A stretch of 64,000 nt of DNA, taken from the IMG/VR virus record IMGVR_UViG_3300033066_001917, positions 136,246 to 200,245 of that record. One strand, 5' to 3'. Position 1 is the stretch's first letter. Every line of letters starts with the position of its first letter. Positions 37,428-46,367 of this stretch are shown in pieces. The translations under genes were made by a program, and so were the position numbers. The notes beneath the pieces were generated by a model, which searched no databases, had not been told where the DNA came from, and was given only the letters and a program-made list of their open reading frames with translations. Source of the DNA: a virus. Its lineage: Duplodnaviria > Caudoviricetes.

Positions 37428-38149
37428 GATTTGCCCTTGGGGAACTGGACAAAGGCCCGATCGAAGCTCTTATGGCTTTTGTCCCAAGAGGGAAAGGTGG
37501 CTTTCAACTCGACAAGCAGCTTATGGAGGTAGTGGATCTCCGGGGTATCCCTTTCCTCAACGGGGATGTTCGACAGAGAATCCGTAATTGTCCACAGAAG
37601 GGAGGGGATCGCAAAAGGCTTCTGAATGAAAAGCTCTGCTCGATTCCACATAGCCAAGGGAGCCGTGTAGAAAAACAGATGGATTAGAGCCCCATATTGA
37701 CTCTGCTCCATGCCAGCCTCTAGTCGGTCGTAGATATACAAAGCCCGTTCGGCAATTCCCGGACACTCAACTTTTGCATGGAACATTGCGGACTCGGCTA
37801 GGTAAACGCGATGCCAATGTTCTGGTGTCTTTGGAAGATCAAATCCGGATAGCATTTCCTTAGCCGTATCCAGTTCGGACTCACGATCCCAAGGACAGAA
37901 GCCAGCAACCAGATCTCTTAACTCAATTAGCGTGGGGGACCGAAAGTTGCCCTGGAACTCTCCAGTTTTGTTCCGAATAAGCAATCCCTCGAAAATGCGA
38001 ATCCCAGCCGGTGCGTTATCAATTCCGAGACTAGCAAACGACACGGCACCATTGAACATGCGGTCAAAAGTGTCACTGTTATGGCACAAAAGATTCGATG
38101 TTCTACGTCCACCCCCCACGGAGGTAGCAATTGCAACTAGGAGTGGCAT
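37424..38149 (-). CDS. hypothetical protein
   Basis: 241 aa, ATGA overlap downstream. Confidence 0.55.
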   Translation of the reverse strand: MPLLVAIATSVGGGRRTSNLLCHNSDTFDRMFNGAVSFASLGIDNAPAGIRIFEGLLIRNKTGEFQGNFRSPTLIELRDLVAGFCPWDRESELDTAKEMLSGFDLPKTPEHWHRVYLAESAMFHAKVECPGIAERALYIYDRLEAGMEQSQYGALIHLFFYTAPLAMWNRAELFIQKPFAIPSLLWTITDSLSNIPVEERDTPEIHYLHKLLVELKATFPSWDKSHKSFDRAFVQFPKGKS

Positions 38150-38161
38150 TGAAAAAATCTT

Positions 38162-38428
38162 TCAGGGAATGCGAACGGTGCAGCTCTTGTAATACCCGCA
38201 ACACACCAAGACTGTCACGGGAGACCCTGCGGGGTTCGTTGTGTTAACAGTGGCACCGTAGGTGTCTCCGGTCCCACACCCATTGGTACGGGCCGTGAAT
38301 TGGAATTCTTCGGTGATATTGCACCCACTGAACCCGGCGGTGCGAACGGTGCGACAGGTTCGCTCGGGACCATTGTCATCACAGCCGAGGGGGAGGAGAA
38401 GGAGGGTTAGAAGAATGAGATTTTTCAT
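38162..38428 (-). CDS. small lipoprotein
   Basis: MKNLILLTLLLLPLGC lipobox; GTAA-N8-ATG. Confidence 0.7.
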   Translation of the reverse strand: MKNLILLTLLLLPLGCDDNGPERTCRTVRTAGFSGCNITEEFQFTARTNGCGTGDTYGATVNTTNPAGSPVTVLVCCGYYKSCTVRIP

Positions 38429-38697
38429 GGATTCTCTTACTGGAAAGGGGATCAAATTGGGCTCAAAATACTTTAGTGGTGTTGGTTTTGAAGACGAAAC
38501 TACACGGCCCAACAACCCCCAAAATATCCACCATCGATTTTTCAAGGTCGGATCCGGAAGACAAAAAACCATCCCGAACGTGGATGACTACCACGGGGGA
38601 TCCATCTTCGTCTACTTCGATGTCAAGGCCAGACACGAACGGTAGAACTTCGAGAATCTCCCACACCCTATCCGAAACTTCCGATGAAAGCATGTAT

Positions 38698-39723
38698 TCA
38701 CTCTTGAGTTAGAACCGCCCACCCAAGAGCGGGCCGCATTGCCAGTGTGTGAGGGTCTTGAGAAGTACCAACGAACCCACCCGCGAACTCCATCTTGAAT
38801 GTCTGGTCAAAATACTTCCAGACGAAAGGAGCAAGGGTCATGCTCGGAGGAAACGAACTAGAGGTGGGCCCGGACCAAGGATTTGAAGGGTCCTTTAGCG
38901 CGGAAAATTCATTTTTCTTGTAGTATTTCCCATTTCTTGACCTTTCCAAGAGATAAGGGAAAAACGCCGTCACCCACCCGCTGATTCTATCCCCACCACT
39001 TGCTTGGTGGAGTTTATAGAGATTCTTCCAGAACCGAGCATCGGCCGAACCCTCTGACGCCTTGACGAACTGATCCAGGATGGGGAGAAGGTGAGTGGTC
39101 CACCACCCAAGATCATACTCGGCTAGGACTTCAGCCTTAGCACGAACCTTCTGCCAATCTTCTGGGGTACCTAGCAAAGTGATGCTGGGGATTCCGCATT
39201 TGGTATGAACCTCGTATGCAAAGTACCCCTGCATTGCTCCCATGAGAACGATCTCGGATGCTGCCCTCTCTACGAGTCCCGTCGTGGAGAAGTCCGAAAC
39301 AATGGCGTCTCTTTTCTTCCCAATGTAGCCCGAAATTTGTTCACTGAACTCAGAAAAGCACCCCGGCCAGTCGTTGAGGTGGCTACCCTTCACGAAATTG
39401 TCCCGGCGGACAATGAGCGTAGCCTTCCCATCGTGGGACACGAATTGGTTTCGCAGAGCTTCGACATTCTGGTTGACATGGGTTGCAAACCCTTGAGCAA
39501 TCACCGTCCACACATCATCCGGGCTGAGAGTCAGTGGGAAATGGTATGCATAAGCAAGATGCATAGCTTCCACAAACGGATTGGTGTTGGTTCCCACCAG
39601 ATTGGGATGGGTAGAGGAAGCTTCTACCCCCTTTAGCCCCATCACCCCCAAAGATTGTTGAAGGCCCTCAACGGGGAGGGGGTTTTTACACAAACTGACC
39701 TTATCTACGGGGAAGGTTACCAT
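38698..39723 (-). CDS. DUF4419-family protein
   Basis: AYAYHFPLTLSPDDVW, DFSTT, CGIPSITLLGTPEDW. Confidence 0.85.
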   Translation of the reverse strand: MVTFPVDKVSLCKNPLPVEGLQQSLGVMGLKGVEASSTHPNLVGTNTNPFVEAMHLAYAYHFPLTLSPDDVWTVIAQGFATHVNQNVEALRNQFVSHDGKATLIVRRDNFVKGSHLNDWPGCFSEFSEQISGYIGKKRDAIVSDFSTTGLVERAASEIVLMGAMQGYFAYEVHTKCGIPSITLLGTPEDWQKVRAKAEVLAEYDLGWWTTHLLPILDQFVKASEGSADARFWKNLYKLHQASGGDRISGWVTAFFPYLLERSRNGKYYKKNEFSALKDPSNPWSGPTSSSFPPSMTLAPFVWKYFDQTFKMEFAGGFVGTSQDPHTLAMRPALGWAVLTQE

Positions 39724-39744
39724 GCCATGCCTTACTGTTCTGGG

Positions 39745-40332
39745 CTAGTAATATAGCTTGCGGAAATTTCGATGTTTTTCAGTTCGGGCTCGGTCTACCT
39801 TCCAAATCATGAGTGGGTTGGGGGATTTAGACCCACGGTAAACGAAGGTCTCACCATTAGCGTTTTTACCCGTCATGAGTACCATTTGTGTGACGCCAAT
39901 AGAAAGGGCTTTTTCCCCCAGTTTCCGGGCCTCATCTTCTGACCGAACGGTCAGGGAGAATGGCCACCGAGAACCGGGCAGAAGCATTGTTACCTCCGAC
40001 CCGTGGGGAAAATGATGGCTTTTCATCTTCTCCAGGGATGTGATGAAGTTCGTCACCTCTTGACGAACTTTCCCCGGCTTGGGCTCCATACTAATAGCTT
40101 CGTTGGCGAGAGCCACGAGCTCCGAGCTAGGATTATGAACCCGCATGGAGTCAGGAAGGGTCTCCCAGTTTTTGCGGATAGCCCGACCACGAACGGGTAC
40201 CCCATATCGGGTTACCTCCCGGAAAGGATATCGAGTGTAGGAGTATCGATGGGAGGGAGGGTCCTCAAGAGGGGCATCACTGGTCTGTACGAAAACGGAC
40301 TGCCGGACTTGAAATAGATCGCCTTTTGCCAT
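39745..40332 (-). CDS. hypothetical protein
   Basis: AAGGAG SD before ATG 40332. Confidence 0.6.
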   Translation of the reverse strand: MAKGDLFQVRQSVFVQTSDAPLEDPPSHRYSYTRYPFREVTRYGVPVRGRAIRKNWETLPDSMRVHNPSSELVALANEAISMEPKPGKVRQEVTNFITSLEKMKSHHFPHGSEVTMLLPGSRWPFSLTVRSEDEARKLGEKALSIGVTQMVLMTGKNANGETFVYRGSKSPNPLMIWKVDRARTEKHRNFRKLYY

Positions 40333-40351
40333 GTTGATACTCTCCTTCCGG

Positions 40352-40435
40352 ACGCAGATGGTGGAGTCGAACCACCACAATACCCCACACACCCTGGCGG
40401 GCGACTCACCGGAGTCCTTTTCGTTGGGATCTGCG
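40352..40435 (-). ncRNA. tRNA-like element (acceptor + T arm, non-tRNA middle)
   Basis: CGCAGAT/ATCTGCG, GGTGG-TTCGACT-CCACC. Confidence 0.6.
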
Positions 40436-41125
40436 ATAGGGGCAATCACCCCTGATTCATGCAATCACTACAAATGCAAGAGTAAGCGACCCCGGGACAG
40501 GGGGCAAGACACCATTCACACTCGTTGATCTCAGGATCCCGAAGGCACTTCGGACAAACAGACCAAGGATGGTCCGTCTCTTCACCACAAACGGTACACG
40601 GAACAACGATTTCCATGGGATTCATTGTGAGAGCCCGAAGGAGACCCGGGGAAACATCCACATGCTGGCGTGTGAAGGACTCCTCAAGGTCAAGGAAACC
40701 GTCACCAAGGTCTTGGCGAATCGTCAAAACCGTGCCCTTGGAGAAAACCTCCCGATACACAGCCTTGATTGACCCATTGACCGTCTTCCCACACCACTGG
40801 TAGAGAGGATATGTTAGGGTCGTAACGTCTCCCGTGTTCATACCTCAAACTCCTGATGGGGGGCCCAACCGTCGCCCTCGCCCGGATAATAGACCCGGCT
40901 ATCGAGATACAGAGTCCCGGTGTGACTGATGGCTACACAATTAGCCGTCACAACCCCTGGGCGAATCAGAGTTGGATTGTGAACAGAAACACCCTTTGAC
41001 CGAAGATTATCGATCCTGGAACGGATTTCCTTCTTATCCATCTCAGTGATTGACCGGCCCGTTTCATTGATGAGAACCATAAGTACCTCACAACCTCTTA
41101 CGGAGCATGGCTTGCTTTTGGTTGG

Positions 41126-41437
41126 TTAGAAATGAAGGCAGAGACCGATCCGGCCCTCGATCGTTTCGACGAGGTTGTCGCAGTACACATCCTCCACGCA
41201 CCCCATATCATCCCATTTGGCCGAGCACCGAATTCGGTAGAAGTTGACCGTGTAGGTATCCAGGGGAGTGAGGGTCACCTTGAAGCAGTTGATCCCATCC
41301 TTCCCATGGGCCTTGAACTTGACCCGAACGGAGGACTCATCTCCTGCAAACTGGGTCACGCCCAGAAGCGCCCCCACGAGACCCTGACCACCCAGTTGAC
41401 GAAGGATCGTATGCGCGACGGTCATATCAGTAGCCAT
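41126..41437 (-). CDS. conserved phage protein
   Basis: VAHTILRQLGG..DTYTVNF..EDVYCDNL; AGGAG SD. Confidence 0.7.
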   Translation of the reverse strand: MATDMTVAHTILRQLGGQGLVGALLGVTQFAGDESSVRVKFKAHGKDGINCFKVTLTPLDTYTVNFYRIRCSAKWDDMGCVEDVYCDNLVETIEGRIGLCLHF

Positions 41438-41453
41438 GGTGAACTCCTACTTT

Positions 41454-41708
41454 TCAGGGACTGCCAGTGATCTTCGAGAAACTGGTTGCGATTTCCTTGG
41501 TGATGCGATCGATCATGCCGGACTTGACAGCGGCATTGAAAACCTTCTCACTCCGATTGGCCATCCACCACTGCGTTCGGATGTGGCCCTCAGCCATTTG
41601 GGGGAAGGAATCCTTCCACGTAAAATTGGGACCGCGCATCCCGGGCTCGGCTAAACGGATTGCATGGCTCTGCGCCACGAGGGTGGCGAACTGTTCGATG
41701 TTGAGCAT
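41454..41708 (-). CDS. hypothetical protein
   Basis: GAGGA SD before ATG 41708. Confidence 0.5.
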   Translation of the reverse strand: MLNIEQFATLVAQSHAIRLAEPGMRGPNFTWKDSFPQMAEGHIRTQWWMANRSEKVFNAAVKSGMIDRITKEIATSFSKITGSP

Positions 41709-42226
41709 AATCAATCCTCGCCGCGCGAGCGGGTCAGGGACATCTTCGAACCGCCGCGCTCGGAGCGGCGGTCCTTCATGGGACCACCCTTGCAGTGGTT
41801 GAGCATCGCAACGACCATGCCGTTGCGCGGGGCGTGAGACTTCTTGGAGTTCTTCATGGCTTCGTTTCCCTTCGACTTTATATCGGTTGACAACCGCGGG
41901 AAACAACCGGATTTGAGATTTTTGTTGGTGTGTGCCCCAGTTAGTACCGACCCGAAAGGAACTCCCGGTATTCGCTCACGGACATCAGGGGATCAGGGCG
42001 CAGTCCAGAGATGCGGTTGAGGGGTCGGGAATACATCGCCTCCCGAACTTCGCTTGGAGAAGCGTATCCCCACCGATCCGAAGCCGGGGATCCCTCATAG
42101 TTACGGGCGCTGGGGTAGTCACGGGTCATTGCACTCACCGTTTCCCTTCAACCTTATATTGATTGAGACAGACGAAAACCTACTTCTGAGGCCAATTTTT
42201 GATGGTGTATTACGGACTGGGAGGTT

Positions 42227-42673
42227 TTATGGTGGTGTTATTTTTGCGAGAAAACGAGCCGCTACTTTTTTTTCATCGGCTGAGTCCATTTGCTTTTTGA
42301 TTTTCTCAGCCCACGCTTTCCCTGGATCCCCACCCCAAATAAGCCATGCCACATTACCCTTGTCGTTCCACGGGGCTTTTCTATGCTCCGGCGAAACCCC
42401 CTTATTTTTCTCGTGTCTGGAGAAAAATGCTATCATTTGCCGAATAACCTCGGGTGATATGTTGTCACGATTTTTTAGGTTCACGGCTCTCTGAACCCCA
42501 CTACCGATGCCCTGCTCTGCTGCTTCGGAAGGGGTTAACCCACCTTTGTTGGAAGGGGAAGCTTTCGCCCGATATTCCAAACCTTTGGTAGCAGCATCTG
42601 CCACGGCTTGGGGGGGTTTGAAATCAATGTGCTTATACTTCTCGGGCACGGAAGCGGTAAAAGAAAAAGCCAT
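42227..42673 (-). CDS. conserved phage protein (possibly head-associated)
   Basis: FKPPQAVA..FFSRHEKN..VAWLIWGGDPG. Confidence 0.65.
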   Translation of the reverse strand: MAFSFTASVPEKYKHIDFKPPQAVADAATKGLEYRAKASPSNKGGLTPSEAAEQGIGSGVQRAVNLKNRDNISPEVIRQMIAFFSRHEKNKGVSPEHRKAPWNDKGNVAWLIWGGDPGKAWAEKIKKQMDSADEKKVAARFLAKITPP

Positions 42674-42697
42674 TGATCCAAATCAACAATAAAACGG

Positions 42698-43216
42698 TTA
42701 GTGCCATCGTATGGGTTTCAGGTCTCCGGATAGATATAACGGGTGTCCCGGATACCCCTCTTTGGTTAGTATGAGATAGTGAAGAGGGTGGTGCTTGAGC
42801 ATATCGACCACCACCAGTCCTCTCCCCCGATGCGAAGCATGTGCCCCCATGCCGCACAGAATGATTCCACCCTCCGATATTATCTCCTCGGCATACTTGA
42901 GAATGTACGAATCGGATTCGGAATCATCCCCGGGAGAAGAAGAAGCCTTCATGTCTTTTGGGCTTGTGGCTTTTATGCTAAAAGCATTAACAACCACAAG
43001 ACCCCCAAATCCCCACGCTTGAGTGTAGGCAATACACTTACGGAGGGTTGGATCGTTGCGGCTTTCGTCTGCTGTTGACGGATTGAGCAAAACCCACAGC
43101 ACCCTTGGTCCTGGTGCCCATCGTCGAAAGAGAGCATACCTACGGGTTCTGTCCGCATTGTGAATAGCATCACTTTTGTGGTTTGAACCAACGTCAAACA
43201 GATCCTCAAGATTCAA
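42698..43216 (-). CDS. DUF1643-family protein
   Basis: RYAL.R.W, LNPSTAD..DPT, VVNAF..ATSP, HPLY; start (TTG) uncertain. Confidence 0.85.
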   Translation of the reverse strand: MNLEDLFDVGSNHKSDAIHNADRTRRYALFRRWAPGPRVLWVLLNPSTADESRNDPTLRKCIAYTQAWGFGGLVVVNAFSIKATSPKDMKASSSPGDDSESDSYILKYAEEIISEGGIILCGMGAHASHRGRGLVVVDMLKHHPLHYLILTKEGYPGHPLYLSGDLKPIRWH

Positions 43217-43841
43217 AGTGCCACCCCCGAACTCGACAGGCACCATTGACAAATTGAATTCCCCAACGGTAGTCACCCGTGCCTCCCTCTTCGTGGATGT
43301 GACCAAAGAAATGCATACGAACAGTATGACCCCCGGCCTCTAGTAGCCTACGAGCACCCATAAGGCCCCAGGATTGGTTGACACCACATAACACACCTGA
43401 AGGCGGAGCATGTGTGACAAGGATCTGAGGTTTAGAAGCCAAAGACCGAACTGTCATTTCTTCCAAGCCCATTTGATCCATCTCTAATGGAGTCTCACCA
43501 AAACCTGCCCATCTTACCCCCAGAAGATCGAACCCTTTTGGTGTGATAGTGTAGGTTGGATGGATGTGCTCCATGTACTTGTGTAGGTCCACGCCATCGT
43601 GATTCCCCATGCACGTGATCAGAGGAATACCATCCAATTTCCTGAGGATTGCATCCTTATTCTTGTGGAACCACTGTTTTTGATAGAGCTTCGTTTTCTC
43701 ACGGGGGGCACTCCCAATATACGGATCCAAGGGGAAATCTGGGAAAAGATCCCCGGTGTTGAGCCACACATCGGGTTTCCCCTCGAAAGCCAGAAAATGC
43801 CTTAGATTCCCGTGTAAATCGGAAAGGTGGGCTATAAGCAT
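43206..43841 (-). CDS. calcineurin-like metallophosphoesterase
   Basis: SDLHG, TGD, GNHD, THAPP, GHIHE. Confidence 0.9.
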   Translation of the reverse strand: MLIAHLSDLHGNLRHFLAFEGKPDVWLNTGDLFPDFPLDPYIGSAPREKTKLYQKQWFHKNKDAILRKLDGIPLITCMGNHDGVDLHKYMEHIHPTYTITPKGFDLLGVRWAGFGETPLEMDQMGLEEMTVRSLASKPQILVTHAPPSGVLCGVNQSWGLMGARRLLEAGGHTVRMHFFGHIHEEGGTGDYRWGIQFVNGACRVRGWHFES

Positions 43842-43876
43842 GATCTTTATTTACACCATCCGTTAAGACAGTTCTT

Positions 43877-44428
43877 TCATGGATGGACCAACCCTTTAGT
43901 TCGTTGGTAAATTGCGAATTTTACCACCCCATAGTTTGGATCCGTTGAATTATCTAAATGCAGAATATCCCACTCTTCCGGTGGTAAGATGGGAAAAAAT
44001 ACATCCCCCATCATCTCCCGATCTGCCAACGTCGTGAGGTACACACGACTGACAATAGGAAGAGTTTGCTGGTAAATTTGGCCCCCCCCGATTACCATAA
44101 TCTCTGGGTGCCACCCGGAGTGGACTAATCTAGGAATTGTGTCCCATACGGCTTCACCTAGAGATCCAACAACCTCACCATGTTCCGCCACTTTTGCCGA
44201 TTGGTCAGGATCTCCATCCCAAGTGCTGGATACAACAAGGTGGTATCGGTGAACAAGAGGGCGAGGCAGAGATTCGTAGGTTGTTCGGCCCATGAGGCAA
44301 ATTTTGCCCACGGTCAACATTCGAAACCTTTTCATATCCGCGGGTATACTCCACGGAATACCCCCCTTAGCTCCAATACCTCTCGTTGCGTCCTGAGCGG
44401 CGATGGCGGAGAAGGTGTGGATGTTCAC
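43877..44428 (-). CDS. folA: dihydrofolate reductase
   Basis: GIG..IPWSIPADMKRF, MGRTTYESL, IGGGQIY, GDVFFP. Confidence 0.92.
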   Translation of the reverse strand: MNIHTFSAIAAQDATRGIGAKGGIPWSIPADMKRFRMLTVGKICLMGRTTYESLPRPLVHRYHLVVSSTWDGDPDQSAKVAEHGEVVGSLGEAVWDTIPRLVHSGWHPEIMVIGGGQIYQQTLPIVSRVYLTTLADREMMGDVFFPILPPEEWDILHLDNSTDPNYGVVKFAIYQRTKGLVHP

Positions 44429-44964
44429 CTAAACTCCTTGCAGTCTCTAAGAATGTCCTGAAAAACGGAATGGAGAATTGGGCTAGCGCGAACCTCTTGC
44501 CGATAGAATTCCAGAGAGTCGTAGATGTCTGACTTATATTTAGCCGTCATCAGACCATGAGTAGCAAGGATAGCAGCCTTTACTTTTGCACCGCAGGAAT
44601 AGGCAAACTTCGCCGCCTCCAAATGCAGCCTGGAATTCTCTTCCAGGGTTTCTAGGGCCTTCTCTCCGGCCATCATACGGAATCGGAAGTTGCCTTTGAC
44701 AGATGCGTCCTCCCACCAATCTTTCGTCAGCGGCAAAAGATAGAAATGGGGATGCCTGTAAACAATCAGCTCGGATCCGGAAACGTCACCCACATCTATC
44801 GGTGTAAGTGGAGTTATGTAACCCACGTACCGATCTAACTCTGCGACATTAATACTACGTCCGTCAAACGTAAACCAACGGTCACTCTCACCATCGGAAA
44901 ATATAGGAGTGAGGGCACCAAAAGCTCCGGGTACAGGAGTACCATCAAAACCGACTAGCAACAT
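44425..44964 (-). CDS. hypothetical protein
   Basis: GTGA overlap with DHFR gene. Confidence 0.55.
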   Translation of the reverse strand: MLLVGFDGTPVPGAFGALTPIFSDGESDRWFTFDGRSINVAELDRYVGYITPLTPIDVGDVSGSELIVYRHPHFYLLPLTKDWWEDASVKGNFRFRMMAGEKALETLEENSRLHLEAAKFAYSCGAKVKAAILATHGLMTAKYKSDIYDSLEFYRQEVRASPILHSVFQDILRDCKEFR

Positions 44965-44966
44965 AC

Positions 44967-45386
44967 TTACACCACGACAATCTTACGAGCCTGTGGGCAA
45001 GGTGGGTGGACTCTGAGGTCTACCAACTCATTCCGTGGGTGGAGAAGTTCGAAATCGGTTTCCTTTTCGTAGAATTGATCGAACACATCCGAACCACCCT
45101 TGCCCGTGATGATGACATTACGAAGGTAATGATAGTCTGCCCAGAACATCCTAGAGTAGTAGACCAGATCCTCTGAGGAAACAGGGGATCCATCTCGAAT
45201 AGAATGGTGGATGAGAGCCAATCCAAGCTCCGCCGCCTCTCTCTCATGAGAGAGAAGAAGATACTCCTCCTCTTCGGACATGGATCCGGGCTGACGATAT
45301 GGGTTTACAACTTCGATGGTGGTCAACGACCCGGGGGTTTCACCCGGACCCAAGCGCGCGCTGCTTGGATGGAACACGTGCCCCAT
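44967..45386 (-). CDS. hypothetical protein
   Basis: ATG just after tRNA-Leu; exact start uncertain. Confidence 0.5.
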   Translation of the reverse strand: MGHVFHPSSARLGPGETPGSLTTIEVVNPYRQPGSMSEEEEYLLLSHEREAAELGLALIHHSIRDGSPVSSEDLVYYSRMFWADYHYLRNVIITGKGGSDVFDQFYEKETDFELLHPRNELVDLRVHPPCPQARKIVVV

Positions 45387-45389
45387 CGT

Positions 45390-45466
45390 TGGTGCTTGCA
45401 GAGGGACTCGAACCCTCACTGTCCAGATCCTAAGTCTGGTGCCTCCTGCCATTGGGCTATACAAGC
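45390..45466 (-). tRNA. tRNA-Leu (TAG), short variable loop
   Basis: CCAGA-CTTAGGA-TCTGG, ACCA end. Confidence 0.9.
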
Positions 45467-45594
45467 GTCGCGGTTTATTAGAGTTACATCACCGCAAGTT
45501 TTTTAATCACACTCTAACTTTGTTCCACAATATCAACGAGTAAGGTGTGGACAAGCCTTTACACTCGAGGTCGGATGATTCTAACCATCCGCGG

Positions 45595-45669
45595 TGCACA
45601 CGGTGGGATTCGAACCCACACTGTCTAGTACCTCAAACTAGCGCCTCCTAACCTTTGGGCTACGTGTGC
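45595..45669 (-). tRNA. tRNA-Leu (GAG), short variable loop
   Basis: CTAGT-TTGAGGT-ACTAG; body matches tRNA-Leu(CAG) at 6884. Confidence 0.9.
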
Positions 45670-45717
45670 TTCGTGAAGGTATTACGATTCAGTGAAGAGG
45701 GTGGTTCGATAAAACGA

Positions 45718-46329
45718 TTAACGATTCAATTTTCCCCACCATGCATCCGGATATTGCCACGAAACCTCCCAAATACGGGGGGATGACGCCAGACACCGAG
45801 TCTTACATTCCTGGATTTTAGGCTCCAGAACTTCCATCCACCGATCGATCCCCTGAAGTCTATCCCTCAGGTATCCGCCCAGACCCACCCACTCTAGGCA
45901 TCTCAGAACCCCCTCCAGTATGTCCCGACGTTCGGCGAGAAAGAAGAGATCCTCTGGATCCCCATCCCACGAAGCAAGTTCATCCATAAGAGCAAAAGCA
46001 TCATTAACTGCAAGACCATCGGCACAACTGGAGAAGTCATCAGGAAGATTTTGTACCCACTGACGAAGGTAAAAAGAAATATCCGTCCCTTCCATAATAT
46101 GTTTGAGAGCTAATGCTTTCTCTTTTGGATTGGGAACCCACAGCCGGTACACCGTTCCGATAACGGAAAAAGTATACAGGGGGCACACGTCATGTTGCAC
46201 CCTATCCGTGTGGTACTCTTGCGCAATCCACGGCGGGACCGAGAAACCTCCAGTTAGGGATTCAACCGGAGGGAGGTTGATAAGGGGGGTGGGAGCTGGA
46301 ACCCAGTTTTTGAGGTCTTGGATGCTCAT
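45718..46329 (-). CDS. hypothetical protein
   Basis: AGGAGGT SD. Confidence 0.65.
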   Translation of the reverse strand: MSIQDLKNWVPAPTPLINLPPVESLTGGFSVPPWIAQEYHTDRVQHDVCPLYTFSVIGTVYRLWVPNPKEKALALKHIMEGTDISFYLRQWVQNLPDDFSSCADGLAVNDAFALMDELASWDGDPEDLFFLAERRDILEGVLRCLEWVGLGGYLRDRLQGIDRWMEVLEPKIQECKTRCLASSPRIWEVSWQYPDAWWGKLNR

Positions 46330-46367
46330 ACCTCCTCTAGACGCTCAGTTACGGAAGCACATGACAC

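Noticed and set aside
40352-40455. tmRNA
   Set aside because: Too short, no G3:U70 acceptor and no tag reading frame
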